Assembly (NCBI RefSeq): GCF_009914755.1
Contig: NC_060935.1
Reading direction: 5' to 3' (one strand)
Length of the DNA stretch: 64,000 bases
DNA from: the human T2T-CHM13v2.0 reference genome, Homo sapiens
The notes under the pieces were generated by a model. It was given only the letters and a program-made list of their open reading frames with translations. It did no database searches and was not told where the DNA came from. Below, in pieces: positions 13,984 through 31,410 of the stretch. The position numbers and the translations under genes are program-made. Within the stretch, counting starts at the first letter, position 1. Each line of letters starts with the position of its first letter.

Positions 13984-14814
13984 AAATCTACTCTCTTAGC
14001 AAATTCTCAGTATACATGCTACATCATTAACTATAGTCCTCATGGGTGCGTAACATAGCTAGAGTTACTTACCTTACATAGCTGCAAGTTTGTACCTTTT
14101 TCTTCTTTCTCTTCATTTTCTCTCCTCTGTCCCTGCTTATCACCATTCTACTGTTTCTATCTACTCAACTTTTTTTTTTGCAGGTTTCACACCTAAGGGA
14201 GGTATATATAAGTGAGGTGTTTATGTATGTATATATACACACATACACATATATACAACCCACAATTTCTTTATCAGTTCATCTATCCATGGACACTTAG
14301 GTTGTTCCTATATCTTTGGTATTGTGAATAATGCTGCAATGAACATGGGAGTGCAGATATTTCTAAGAGGTGTTAATTTTCTTTCGATACATACTGAGTG
14401 GTAGATTGCTGGGTCTTACGGTAGTCCTATTATGAAATTTTTGAGGAACCCGTATGGCGTTTCCCAGAGTGACTGCATTAATATACCTTCTTGCCAACTG
14501 TACACAAGGGTCCTTCTCCACACCCTTGACAACATTTGTCATCTTTTGTCTTTTTGATAATAGCCATCCTAATATGTATGATCTTATTGTGGTTTTGATT
14601 TGCCTTTCCCCAGTGATTAGTGATGTTAAGCACCTTTCACAAACCTGTTGGCCATTTGTATGTCATCTTTAGGAAAATGTCTATTTAGGTCCTTTGACTA
14701 TTTTTTAATTGGGTTATTCGGCTTTTTAGCTATTGAGTTGTGTGAGTTTCTTATAGATGTTGTATATTGACCCTTTATTAGAAATGTGGCTTGCAAATAT
14801 GACAGATAACTCAT

Positions 14815-14950
14815 TTTTTAACTCCTTTTTTAGAGATGGGGTCTTGCTTTGTTGTCCAGGCTTTTCTTGAACTCCTAGGCTCAAGCAATCCTCCTGCCTC
14901 AGCCTCCAGAATAGCTGAGGCTGTAGATGTGTACCATTTCACCTGTCTTA
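14815..14950 (-). mobile_element. Alu monomer (FLAM-like)
   Basis: TAGAGATGGGGTCTTGC...CTTGAACTCCTAGGCTCAAGCAATCCTCCTGCCTCAGCC, single arm only. Confidence 0.8.
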
Positions 14951-16579
14951 GGTAAATTTTAAGGTCTTATTGTATGTCAAGCATGTGAAAAGCTTGTAAG
15001 TAAATGAGACATGGAACTTCCCCTCAAGGGGCTACATACTGATGATCGAATCCAAGAATCTTAGGGAAATTGCTGTTTTTATCCTTCTCCGGACAGGAAT
15101 CCTATCTTTGAAAATAGTCCTATTGTACTTGCACACCTGTAGTGATGGAAGAATGTTTCTGGAAAGCTGACTTTGAAGCAGATAAGAGTCGTATTTAAAT
15201 GACCTGGGATTTCCTCTTACTGAAATGGACCCTATAGTAAATCTTAGAAATATAAATCATTAACCACTAACTTGTTTTATAAGTGAATACTTTTTCATAC
15301 ACTGGCTTTGCTTAAAGCAAATATATTTGTATATCTGGATATACATATACACACAAATATATGTATCTTTGCAAAATATGTATGCTATATATTGAATCAC
15401 ATTTTATTGTAGTTTTTCCTTAGAAAAAGTTGTGCTATAATTATTCCTATTAGGAATAAATGTTAATTAAGCTCATATATTTATTTCAAAATTAATTCAG
15501 TCACTGCATTACTTCTTCTTACAGTGATGGCAAAATCTCTCAATGAAGATATATATTAGCCATATAATCTTTGAAATTTTTTTAAAAATAAGTTTATCCA
15601 AAATGATTTCTAGTTTCATTTCAGAATCTTGCTGCCTATGTGAATTCTATATATTTATATTGTAGTATTGCTAAAACAATTGAACCATGAAGTTGGACAT
15701 AGTTCCAGAATATAGTCTCAGTTTAATTCTCAGATAATTTAATCATTTTACAGATTCAGGAATTTCTGAGGTACTGTTATAGATGAATGCATATTTATAA
15801 TTGCATATAGAAATAAGAATTATGCAAAAATATGACTTAAAATATTTCAATCTGTAACTTGCACAGTATATCATTATCATGAATCTAATAATGCTCATTT
15901 CAATGTTAGAAATTAAGATAATACTAAAGATACACAAAACAATACATGTATTTACTGAATAAATGTTTGTTAAATTCTAATGTGGCACTTTGGGCTATGA
16001 TAGACAGTGGGGGTACAGTGGTGAATAAGAATTTCTGTTTTTATAAAGACAGTGTAAATGATGAAGGAATAAAAAAGAATGTACATTATTCTTACCCTCA
16101 ATAAACATTTATTGAACATATATTATGTTTGGCAATATAACAAATTAAAATAATTTTTTGTGACATTATCTGTTTTAAGTGTTGACTTCTTTGTTTCCAG
16201 TTCAGTTTCTTATAGCCACCAAACTAGCAGGTGACTAATTCCTGATGCGTATTTCTTGGCTTATTCAAACTTAAAATGTGAGCAAGATGAACTGGAGTAT
16301 GAGTCAATAAGTTGTTTCCCAGATAGTTTAATCATTGTAATTGAGTAATATTAGCTAAGATTATGTGTCCGTCCTATACTAGGCACTTTGAGAAGAGATA
16401 AGCCTTAATTTATATCGAATATAGATTTTTTATAAAGATATATTACCCCTAGCCTTCTTATAGCTAATAATACAAAAAATTATTAACAGTGCCTTCCTTT
16501 AAGAACTTAAGAGTTTAGTAGGGAAGAAATGTGCTACTTGAACACTACAATAGTTACATTTTTTATCCTGCACTATTGA

Positions 16580-18120
16580 AAGTAAAATTTTGTTGAAGTA
16601 TAATATACATAAAGGGAAGTGTACAAGCCATAGGTGTATTTGAACTATACTGTTTATCATTATCTTCTTTTCTTTCTACTGTGTGTAGATCTGAAGTAAT
16701 GACTCCCTTTTTATTCCTGATATTGGTAATTTGTGCTTTTTCTTTTACTTTATTAGTCTCATTAACAGTTAATCAATTTTATTAGTTTTTAACTAGAACC
16801 ACTGTTGGCTCTGTTGATTTTTTCTATTCTATGTTTTATTTTTTAATTACATTATATTCTTATTTTTATTATGTCATTGCTTTGTACTTTGGCATAATGT
16901 GCTCTTATTTTAGCAATTTTTAAAATATATATTTAGATTATTGATTTCTAAATATTTTCTCTTTTTAATTTATATATTTAAGGCTATACATTTTCCTCTA
17001 TGCACTGCTTTAGCTGAATCCTTCAAGATCTGCTTTGCTGTATGTTCATTATCACAAAATTACAAATGTTTTTAAATTTCCCTTATGATTTTTTGCTACC
17101 TGTATTATTTAAAAGGATTTGCATAATTCCCAAATAATAGTGAATTTTCTGGTTGATTTTGTGTTATAGATTTCTTGTTTAAATATCAGTGTGGCCAGAT
17201 AACATACTTTAAATGACATAAAATTTTTGAAATTTGTTCAGTCTCAATTTAAGGAATTATTTTTTGGTAAATGTTCCTTGAACATTGGAATAGAATGTAT
17301 ATTCTGTTATTGTTTTGTGTGGTGCCTATAAATTTTAATTATGTCAGGTTTGCTAACAATATTGTAGAGACTTTGTTTGCTTTTTCTTGAAGTTTTTGAA
17401 AGAGGTATATTAAAGTTTTCCAGTATGTTTACAAATTTATCTAAATTCTCCTTTTGTTTCCCTCAATATTTATTTATATGTTTTGAATCTGTTATTCTGT
17501 TTTGTGTTGATTCAGTTTTTAATGTCATATCTTCAAAGTGAATTGATCCTATTTCCATCATAAATATTCTTTCCCACCTTCCACCACCACTGCCTTTATC
17601 TCTGGAAACTGTTCTTGTCTTAAATTACTTTGTTTGCTATTAGTCTTGTGATATGAGCTACCTTTTAGCTAGAAATGTCTAGTACATCTTTTTCTACCCT
17701 AATTCTTACTTTTCTGTGTCTTTATCTATTAGGTGTGATTTTGCAAACCATTTTTTTTCTTTTCCAGGCTGCCAATCTTTAAGATTCTTATATGTAATGC
17801 AGTAATTGACATATTTTGTTTTCTATGTTAATATTTAATATTTGTTTTCAATTTGTCTCACAGGCTTTATGGTTTTTTTTACATACTTATCTTCTTGTGG
17901 ATTAATCAGATATTTTTAATTTCATATTTTCTTTTCATTAGTATATTAGTTATAAATGATTTTACTCATTTTTATTACCTTTATTATAACTTGAATCTTG
18001 ACGTATTATAGTCAAATATAAGTTAGTACTCTTTCCTTTTCCCAGTTAATGGTGGAAACTTAATTCAGTTTAATTGTGTTTTCCATCATGCATTTTCATG
18101 TTAACTGTAGTTGAATTTTA
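16580..18120 (-). mobile_element. Highly diverged L1M/L1ME fragments
   Basis: T-rich antisense ORF2-like motifs (TTCCTCTATGCACTGCTTTAGCTGAATCC, GAATGTATATTCTG); boundaries approximate. Confidence 0.65.
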
Positions 18121-18287
18121 AGTAATTGCTATGTACTAAGTTACATCTCCCTCATACCGTACTTAGTGTAAGTGATTAATCCCAAGCACAAAATATGATA
18201 TTTATTCCTGGTAAACTTCATCTTTTTGGAGCTTTCATAATGTGGATTCTACATAGATTCTTTACTATTCCCATAGATGTTAATGGT

Positions 18288-18663
18288 TGATAAAGTTTGG
18301 ATGTGTCCCCACCCAAATCTCATCTTGAATTGTAGTTCCCATACTCTCCACATGCCATGGGAAGGACTTAGTGGAAGGTAATTTAATCATGGGGCCAGTT
18401 ACCCTCATGCTGTTCTTGTGATAGCAGTTGAGTTCTCACAAGATCTGATGGTTTTATAAGGGGTTTTCCCCCCTTTTGCTGGGCACTTCTCTCTCCTGAC
18501 ACCATGTGAAAAAGAATGTGTGTGCCTCCCTGTCCACCATGATTGTAAGTTTCCTGAGGCCTCCCCAGCCATGTTGAACTGTGAGTCAATTAAATGTCTT
18601 TCCTTTATAAATTACTGAGTCTTGGGTATGTCTTTATTAGCAGTATGAGAATGGACTAATACA
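18288..18663 (+). mobile_element. THE1-family solo LTR (THE1C/D-like, ERVL-MaLR)
   Basis: TGATAAAGTTTGGATGTGTCCCCACCCAAATCTC...GGACTAATACA, TSD ATGGT/ATAGT. Confidence 0.93.
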
Positions 18664-19105
18664 ATAGTGCAATAGTGGCATCATACTTTTAGAATGTCTA
18701 TTAGCACTGTTGTTCTAAACATCTCTCCATTGCCTGTGCTTGAGCAAATTAACTTCAAATAGGTGACCAGATGTATTGCTTTTAGTTTTAAGAAAAACCA
18801 ACTTGAAAGAGGAAGAATTATTAAAATAACTTTATGAGTCAATAGGAGTAATAGTCTTTTTCTCTGTCTGTACACTCATCACAGAAGCTTGGAACTGGCC
18901 AAAATACTATGATGAGTAGGATTTTAACTTTACCTTCACAAGTAGATTAATTGCATTTCATGACAGAGGTATTTCTTTGTAAAAATTATTTATTTAGAAA
19001 GAAAAATGATATTTATTAATTTTTGCCTTTCCAATATATTTTGTCTTCTTTTGAGAAGTAAAAATAATGATACTTGTGAAGATGTTTGTTACTTTAGGGT
19101 ATAGT

Positions 19106-19587
19106 TGTAGTGTCAGTCATCCATTGCCTCAATAATGCTGTGTAACTAATCACCCCAAAGCTCTGTGGCTTAGAACAACCCACTGTTTTGCTTACAAATC
19201 TGAGTCTGCAAGTTGACAATATAGGTTACAATTAGTCTGGCAGTTCTTTGAGTCTGGTGTGTGCTCACTTCCAGGGCATCATCTGGCTTTGGGCTCATCT
19301 AGGATAGCCTTAGCTGGGATTACTGGAACTATGCAGCTCTACTCCAGCAAGTTAGCTGAAACGTGTATTTGTGGCAATCACAGACAACCGACAGAGCAAG
19401 TCAAGATATGCAAATACTTTATGAAGCCATTGTTTATTTCACATTTGCTTGTTGACATGACTGAATCAGAGTCAAGGAGTGGGGCAGAATATTCAGTTAG
19501 AACAGGAGAACACTGCAAAGTTATACAGTGAAGTGTGTGATGACATGAATAGGTGAAAAATGGGAACTTTAATTTACCAACTTAATT
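19106..19587 (-). mobile_element. Old MLT1-type LTR
   Basis: ATAATGCTGTGTAACTAATCACCCCAAAGCTCTGTGGCTTAGAACAACC resembles the reverse MLT1 3' end; ATAGT on both flanks. Confidence 0.6.
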
Positions 19588-21362
19588 ATAGTTGCCAACT
19601 GATAAGTGCTATAGTTAAGAAAATAAAAAGTTTTGAGTAACAAACTATATTTTTTTCATTCTTGGGAAGCATACAATATAGAAAATTATCAAGAGCTAAA
19701 TGTTTTAATTCCCAAAATGGTCAATTTTGAGAGGAATACAGTATGACTGGGAATTGTTTGATTGAAATGCTTTACTTTTTTAAAGTTAGAGTTACAGACT
19801 ATTCATGCTTATTAATTTTCCTTTACTGTAAAGATTGTGACATTTGTTTTGAATTAAAAACCAGTCTTGATTAGGTAAGGGAATAAGTACATGATAATCA
19901 GCTTAGGTACTGCATCCCATAAATATATTTGGTTCATATATTTTACTAGGAGGCATAGGCAGGTTACATTTAATTATTTATAGCAAGACTTTATAATATT
20001 CTAAGTGTCCGGCCATATATTTGGAAGAAGGAACAGTATCTTTCTTTGGATTTAAATCAAAGACTTCCTGCGACATTACTGGTTTTGTGAAAATGTCATG
20101 AAAACTACTGATTTTACTTTCTCAATTTTAGGGGAGAATATAGTACATAAAAACAAATTCTGATTATCATTTATATTCCTAGAAAAATGAGAGTTAGTTA
20201 CAGGTGTTCTCAGGTCATTGGTCCTACTATTCTTTGAGGTATCCATAAGAACATAAAAATTGCTATAGTTAGGCCATTTTGTAAATAATATACATATATA
20301 TGTATTTAAAAAAAACCCTTGAGGTAGGTGAACCAAAAACTTAATGGTACTTATGTTTGGAAAGTATGATCAGGGATAATTTTAACTTTCTTTTAGTGGT
20401 ATTTTTCAAACCTTCAAACCTTCTATAAATAAACTTCTCTTACACTTTATTTGATCAATTTTAAAAAGTGAGGCTAGTCACGTTCATTTCAATCCAATAC
20501 TCCTAAATTTCATCATTGGCCCAGTGTCATGTGGCATTAACTTCAAAGTTTAGGGTCACTGTTGAATAATTCCTTCTACATAAACATATATTCATTTAGC
20601 TTATTAAATATTTTGTCTATAAAATTATCTACATTTCTGTTGGCCATTCTATCTGCCTCATATACATACTTTGTGCCCCAGCAGAACAGAATTATTTTTC
20701 CCCTAATTTCTCTTTCTTTCTTGTCTCTTTGGAGCTTTGCTGAGGCTCACTTATCTTTCAGATCTTAGCATAAATGTTGCTTATCCATGGAAACCTTTTC
20801 TGACTTCCTAGACTCCTTGCCCTCTCTAGCACTCATCAACATTATAATTAAATATTAAATAATTGTTTATACAATAAATAACTATTTCTATTAGTTTATT
20901 TCTCCATCTAGATTGTAAAATACCTAATGTCAGAGGCCCAGTTAATTTTATTTCCTACTGCATTCCTTGGTCAATAGTACAGTGCCTCAAAGAAATCTTC
21001 TGAGTAAATGGATCAGTGGTAGAAAGATGGCTGGCTGGATAGAAGAATGAATGAAATCTCCTCTGAGTTGTGAACTTAGCCAACTACTCTCAATCGTGAG
21101 TGCTCCCTCCTCTGTCTTCACAGGTAGACTGGGATGCCCTCCTTTATTTAGACTTGCATTGCATCTTTATTCACTTGTTCAATAATTATTTCTTGAACAC
21201 CTAGTAAGTGGCAAGCATTGTATTAGTAGCTGTGTATTCAACGGTGAAGAAGATGTATAAGGTTTCTGTTCTCAGGGGGCTTAAGTTCTGGTAGCGATGA
21301 TAAAAAAAAATGGATCAGCAAGATAATGTCAGACAATAATAAATGCTAAGGAAAAACTTACT

Positions 21363-21983
21363 TGAATGTGGATGTGGAAATATCTCTTCAAGATCTTGAT
21401 TTCAATTCTTTAGGATGAATACCCAGAAGTGGAATTGCCAAATCAGATTGTAGTTCTATTTTTAATTTTTTGAAGAACCAACATATTATTTTCTATAGTG
21501 GCTGTTCATTGCAGCATTATTCACAATAGCTAAGAGGTGAAAACAATCTAAGTGTCCATTGATGATTGAATAGATAAAGAAAATGTGTACATGTGTATAA
21601 GCAATAAAATATTATTCAACCTTAAAAAAGAAGGACATCTGTTTATATGTGAAAACATGGATAAACCTTAAGGATATTAAGTGAAATAAGCCAGTTATAG
21701 AAAGGCAGATACTGTATGATTTCACTTATATATCTCAAGCAGTCAAAATCATAAGAGTAGAAAGTATAATTGTGGTTGCTAGGGGCTGAGGAAAGGGGCC
21801 AGGGAAAGAGGGAAATAGGAGGTGGCTGTACAATGGGTATAAAGTTTTAGCTATGCAAGATAAAATAGTTCTAGTGATCTGCCATACAACAATGTACATG
21901 TAGTTAACAACACTGTACTATACATTTAAAATTTTTTCTCAGGTATATTTCATGTTATTATTTTTTAACAAATGCACAATAAA
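21363..21983 (+). mobile_element. Old L1MA/MB 3' fragment with 5' inversion, inserted in an L2 remnant
   Basis: 21363-21503 is antisense L1 and 21503-21983 is sense L1 3' end; the two segments are adjacent in the L1 consensus. Confidence 0.8.
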
Positions 21984-22127
21984 GGGTAATATGAGAGTGA
22001 CTAGGTGGGTGAAGCTGATGTGTCTTCTTTAGAATGGTGGTCAGAAAAAGCTTCTTTGAAGAGAGGACAATAAACTGACACTGGAATGCGAAGACACAAG
22101 CATGAATAGGTTGGAATTTTCTAGACC

Positions 22128-22418
22128 AGATCTGTCATTAAAATCAAATACGAAACACTATATAATTTTAAACTTTTTAGTAGTCACACTAAAAAAAAGG
22201 TAAAATTAATTTTAATAATGTATTTTATAGAGCCCAATATTTACAAAATATTATTTATTAATGTAACAATATTAGCACATTATTTGTGGTCTCTTTTGTG
22301 CAAAATCTTTAAAATCTAATGAATATTTTAAATTTATAGCACATTTCAATTCAGGGAAACTGCATTTCAAGGACTCAATAGCCACATTATTAGTCACTAC
22401 TATATTGGACAGTACAAA
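22128..22418. mobile_element. MER33/MER3-like hAT-Charlie element
   Basis: TTTAGTAGTCACACTAAAAAAA...AGCACATTTCAATTCAGG...CAATAGCCACAT...ATATTGGACAG. Confidence 0.65.
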
Positions 22419-22722
22419 TATAGAGGAGACAGCAGAGGAAAACAGCCTACCTAGGGATAAATTTGGAAAGTTGAGAAAATAAAAATGATCTAGAGTTGGC
22501 TGACAGAAGGAAAGAGTGGTAGGAATGGACTTGGAAAGACAGGAACAGGGACAAGTTTTTGTATCTTTCTTGCAACACACTTCCCAAATTATCGTAAACT
22601 CCTTCTTGAGTTTATCTCTTTATCCCAATAGTTTAGAAGATAAAGTAAGTAACACATATTTCATGAATAAATTGATAAAATAAATGAACAAATGTAGAGG
22701 AAAGAGCTTGTTCAGCAAAAAC

Positions 22723-22724
<2 letters not shown>

Positions 22725-22757
<33 letters not shown>

Positions 22758-23036
22758 AGACGGAGTCTCGCTCTGTCGCCCAGGCTGCAGTGCAGTGGCG
22801 ATCTCGGCTCACTGCAAGCTCCGCCTCCCGGGTTCACGCCATTCTCCTTCCTCAGCCCACCCAGTAGCTGGGACTACAGGTGCCCGCCACCACGCCCGGC
22901 TAATTTTTTTGTATTTTTAGTAGAGACGGGGTTTCACCGTGTTCACCAGGATGGTCTCAATCTGCTGATCTGGTGATCCGCCTGCCTTGGCCTCCCAAAG
23001 TGCTGGGATTACAGGCGTGAGCCACTGCACCCAGCT
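22725..23036 (-). mobile_element. Full-length AluY
   Basis: T32 tail; GCAAGCTCCGCCTCCCGGGTTCACGCCATTCTCC AluY diagnostics; degenerate TSD AAAAACGATTT/AAAAAGAATTT. Confidence 0.96.
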
Positions 23037-23073
23037 AAAAAGAATTTCTTTTTTCACTTATGTTTATCTTCTT

Positions 23074-26848
<3,775 letters not shown>

Positions 26849-27454
26849 TGTTTATCTTCTTAAAAGCCTTCTAACCTTAGACTCTGGTAGAAGCGTAGGT
26901 TCCCTTCAACATATCTATTCATGGTTGTTTTTGCAAACTCCTTCTGCATGCGTATCATCATCATTAAAGAAATAATTGCCAGTTTGGAGTAAACATTTAT
27001 TGAGTAGCCTTGAATAATTATCCTGTGAGGTATGTTTCTGAGTTGTTGTCCATGTTGCATGCAATGTTTTATGAAATAATTGGTAGCTGGTATAATGCCT
27101 CATTGAAATAACTGCCTGTTTAGTGCAATATTTTCACCCAGCAATTGTTTATGTTTTTGCAGAGTTTCCATTTGCTCTGAATCTTCTTTAGTATAATATT
27201 TCATTAGAGATTTTCTCTTCTACATAATGGGAAGATGAGCTGTTGGAGCTTTTAACTACTGGGCACAGCTGAATCACTAAGTAATGGTAACAAAAAAGAA
27301 TTGTATTAAGCACACAAGTTACTCTTTGTTTTATTGAATAGCAAATATAGGCTCGATGTTATTAATACTGTTAAGTGTTGTTAAGTAAATATCCATTCCT
27401 GGTATTAATGTTATCAAAGTAAAAATTAGAGAACCACAGACTGCATTTTTCTAC

Positions 27455-27858
27455 TGTGTTGCAGATTAAATTTTCTGGAAGCACAGTGCTTGGGGTGCAA
27501 GATGTTTATTTGGGATCATTATCTGTGAAAGAAAGGGGAAGAAGACAGGTGTGGGAAGAAGAAGGAGATGAACGGTGATGCAGACCAATTATATCTCAGC
27601 CACCCCGGCAGGGATCCCTTGGCAAGCTCTGATGGTTAGAGCTGTCCCGTATCAAGCTGAATGGTGGGCCTTTATACCCATTCTCACGAGATACAGGCTG
27701 CTCCAGGAAAGGCGTGACCTTGAGTCAGGGGGCTACAACTGAGGCAAACCTTGAAGAAGGTGACAGCTGGAACCTGCTTGCTGACTACACTCTTCACAGC
27801 TGGTCAGTAATTCCTTTCTTGAAAGGTGACCTGGATGGTGTAGCTTATGTTTACCACA
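27455..27858 (-). mobile_element. LTR16/LTR33-like ERVL LTR
   Basis: TG...CA termini, reverse AATAAA (GATGTTTATTTGGG), purine-rich U5 antisense pattern. Confidence 0.55.
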
Positions 27859-28079
27859 TGCTGTTAAACCAAAAATTGATGATCCAGTATCAAATTTTTA
27901 CTTTAGTTAAAACAAAATTTTATTTTTTATTTTGCATTCGATTTAGCTTAATGAGTTAATGCCTCCTAGATTTATTTTATGTTTGCATACATGTACATGA
28001 GATTATAATTAACATTATATAGGTCAAGACTGGTGAGGCAAAGAGAATTTATTTTAAAAGAGCTCTTTTATTATTTAGA

Positions 28080-28750
28080 TATGAACGACATTAATTTATT
28101 TTTTATGCAAGAAATATATGTGCATTGTAAAAAAATTAGAAATATGTAAACTGAAATACAAAAGGATCCCTGAGCATTCTTGTAACCAGTTCCACTCTGT
28201 CATGGACGCACTATTAACTGTTTTAGACTATAACTGCAGGTCCCCCATTAGATATGTTTATAAATATACATATATATGGGTACATATGCCTATAGAATTT
28301 TTATTTTGTAATAGAAGAACATCATTGCATATAGCAGTCTTCAACTTTTTATTTTGACAACGAAAACATTTTTTCATAAAAGTGCATGTAAATCTACCTA
28401 ATTTTTAACTTTTTAATACATCTTGAGTGTTTATATTTTTCCAACATTTTACTCTTATTAGCAGAGCTGCAAAAAACATTCTTTACAAATGTTTGTTCAT
28501 GTGCACAGGTATTATTGTAGAATAAATTCCTAGAAATATATTTGCAAGATTGAAGGGTACACACTTCAAAGGTAGTGAAAGATATTGTTGTCCTCCAAAA
28601 TGGTTGCACTAATTTGAATATCAATAAAAAAAATCCATGAGACAGTTTCCCATCATAATTGTCTTCTTTAGAGATAAACATGACTTTCAATTTTTTCTCA
28701 ACCTGAAATATGAAAAATTGTGCACACTGTATTTCATACCTATGTTTTTC
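28080..28750 (-). mobile_element. Old L1ME-like 3' fragment
   Basis: GAATAAATTCCTAGAAAT, CTCCAAAATGGTTGCACTAATTT motifs; boundaries approximate. Confidence 0.55.
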
Positions 28751-28936
28751 TATTTTGTTACAATTAGTAATATAATTTACTTAGGTTTGCTCCAGTAATT
28801 TTAAGCTATACAATTTGTCTTTTTCCTGCATAGTGTGAGCTAATTCTAGGTAACATGAAAAGTATCAATTTTATTTTGAATAATAAACTACCAGCAAAAC
28901 AATTTTATTGAGGTTAAACTTATCAGTGATATGACT

Positions 28937-29890
28937 TGTGGCAGTTAGGATTTTCTGGTGGCAAGCAACAGAAATAGACTCTAAGAAGGAAATCGTTACT
29001 AAGGAAAGAAATTTATTGGAAGAAAGTTGAACAGCTCACAGAATAGTGATGGTACTAGTGCTATCAAAGGTATAAAGGCCAGTGTAATGAGTTGATTAGT
29101 GTTCTCTCAAAATTCATTTGTTGAAGTCATAACCTCCAGTAGCTCAGAAGGTAATTTTACTTTGAAATAGACTCATTGCAGATTAATTAGTTAAATTAGG
29201 GTGAGGTCATACCAGGCAGGGTGGATTCCTAATCCAATATTACTGGTGTCCTTAGAAAAGAATGCCATGTGAAGAAACACACATAGGAAGAATGCTGTAT
29301 GGGCACCAAGCATAGGTTGGACTATGACATCTACAAGCCAAGGAATGCCAAATGTTGCTGGCAACCACGAGAAGCTAGGAAAGAGGGGAACAGAAGAGAT
29401 TTTTCCCTCAGAAGGAACCAGTTATGCCAATTCCATGACCTTGGACTTCTAGCTCCGAGAATTGTGAGATGATACATTTCTGTTGTTTAAGCTACGCACT
29501 TTGTAATACTTTGTTATAGCAGCCATGATAACCTAATACAGCCAGGTACCAGGATGGCTTCTAAAGTTTAGATAGCAGGAATTATTTACTTGCCAGTCTC
29601 CTCATGTAGTTGTTACTGTAACAAATAGATTCTAGAATTCTTGTGTTTGTTTTTGGTGTTTATATCTTTCATTTCAAGATTCAGAGTCCCTGGAAGAAAA
29701 GTCCATGCATTAAACTTGGATCCAACATCCCCCCACCCTGAGATTGTAAGAGAGCAGGACACCATTATATATAGTTCCATAACAATTGTACACCACCTAA
29801 GTGAGCCAATCCCCACAAAAGAACTGGGTTTATTGCCGAAGAAGTGGAGTTGAGTAGGATGCTGGGGAGCCAAGAAGTACAAATATTCAC
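28937..29890 (-). mobile_element. Old MLT1J/K-like LTR hosting an MLT1C
   Basis: GGCAGTTAGGATTTTCTGGTGGCAAGCAACAGAAA is the reverse MLT1 3' end; resumes after 29545. Confidence 0.5.
29083..29540 (+). mobile_element. MLT1C-like solo LTR
   Basis: TGTAATGAGTTGA...CCTAATACA, 458 bp, perfect TSD GCCAG/GCCAG. Confidence 0.88.
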
Positions 29891-30022
29891 TTCATGAGTC
29901 AAAGTTGATTTGTAGATTCTGAAACACACATTTGAAATATGTGAGAAACATAAACATATTGCATGTTGATGTGGCTTATCTATCTCCAAGGAAATTCTTT
30001 ACATGGAAAAATGCACAGAAAT

Positions 30023-30160
30023 GAAGAAGGAAAAGGAGGAGGAGGCAGAGGAGGAGGAGGCGGAGGAGGTGGAGAAGGAGGAGAGGCAGGAGGTGGGGAG
30101 GAGAAAGAAAGAAAGAAGGAGAAAGAGAAGAAAAAAATTATAGAAAGAAAGAAAAGAAAG
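30023..30160. repeat. Purine-rich (GGA)n/(GAAA)n low-complexity tract
   Basis: Seen directly; explains the poly-G and poly-P ORFs at 29963 and 29980. Confidence 0.9.
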
Positions 30161-30164
30161 TTAG

Positions 30165-30400
30165 TTATTGGGCAGTTGCTCCATGTCAGGCATTGTTCTA
30201 AATGCTTCATGTATATGAAAGTTTACCCTCTCAACAATCCTATGAGATGGTTATTATTATACCACTCACTTTACAGTTAAGTAAATGAAGGTACATACAT
30301 AGATGTTAAGGTATTTGCTCAAAGAAATAGTAAGTTGCAGAGTTGGGTTTCAAATCTAGGGAATCTGTTTTGAAATCCACCTTCTACATATTCTGTGTTC
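30165..30400 (-). mobile_element. MIR
   Basis: CTCTCAACAATCCTATGAGATGGTTATTATTATACC...TTTACAG core. Confidence 0.7.
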
Positions 30401-31190
30401 TAAGTGTGCAGGAAATCTGGCTGATTTGGGGTTTAACAAGGAATGATTTGTTTTAGTCATGACTTAAGCCATTTTCTTGGCATCTTTAAGCTACCTGTAA
30501 GGGAATTGCCAAGTGACACATTATCCTATAATTGTACTGTATTATTAGGCCAACTCTTCTAAAAGCCAGTAGCTATCTTTTTCTTAATGACACTTGCTTG
30601 CTTTTGTTAGCTGAAGTTGAGTGGTTTATTAGGTTCTTATAGCCCAAAGGTAAAACTTCTCCTCTTTGGAAGTACTAAAGAGATCCTGTAACATCCACTC
30701 CACAGTTAAGTGATTATTGCCAAGTGCCTAAATGTTGTTACAAATCAATAAGGGCTTTGTGAAAAACCTCCAAAGCTGGATCACTTCTTATCATTTACAT
30801 TTGGCAAGCCTCTTAACTCCTCTGAGAATCAGCGTCTTCTTTGTAAAAATGAGGTTAATAATTTTTGCTCTACTTGCTTAGCTGCGTCGTTGGATCACGC
30901 ACAATAATGATTTTAAAGTGCTTTGTAAACTGTGAACATTTTAACTAGACAATCTAAAAATATTTTATTAACAATAAAAATGCTGTGGTCTTGTTTCTGT
31001 TTCCTTCATTTGTGTATAATTAGTAACTTCATTTATTCACTCAGCCAGCCAGTCATTTCATTTTTACCGTCTATCTAATGCATACAAGGTACACAGGAAA
31101 CATAATGAAAAACAAAGCATGTTCTTGTTGTACAGGAGCAGGAACCATGCAAAGCTAATACAGTATGGTAAGTGCTACCATGGGTTAAAT

Positions 31191-31410
31191 TGCAGTTTTT
31201 CAATAGCAGCCCTACTGACATTTGGGACAGAGAATTCTTTGTTGGGATGGCTGCCCTGTGCATTGTAAGATATTTAGCAGCGCCCCGGCCTCTACCCACT
31301 AGTTGCTAGTAGTACCCTCCTCCCACATTTTCACAAACAAAAATGTCTCTAGACATTTCCAAATGTCCCCTGGGGAAAGGAGCAAAATTGCATACAGGTG
31401 AGAACTATTG
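31191..31410 (-). mobile_element. MER20
   Basis: GGCCTCTACCCACTAG...AAAATGTCTCTAGACATTTCCAAATGTCCCCTGGGG; probable 8-bp TSD GGTTAAAT/TGTTAAAT. Confidence 0.85.

Larger units (their letters stand above)
12965..14800 (-). mobile_element. Old L1MA-type 3' end, split by LTR8
   Basis: L1M 3'UTR/ORF2-end motifs (TTGTGAATAATGCTGCAATGAACATGGGAGTGCAGAT); host reads continuously across the LTR (GAACACCTA...AAATCTACTCTCTTAGC). Confidence 0.8.

Noticed and set aside
29963-30280. Gly/Glu/Lys-rich and poly-Pro ORFs
   Set aside because: Translation of the GGA/GAAA low-complexity tract plus a MIR
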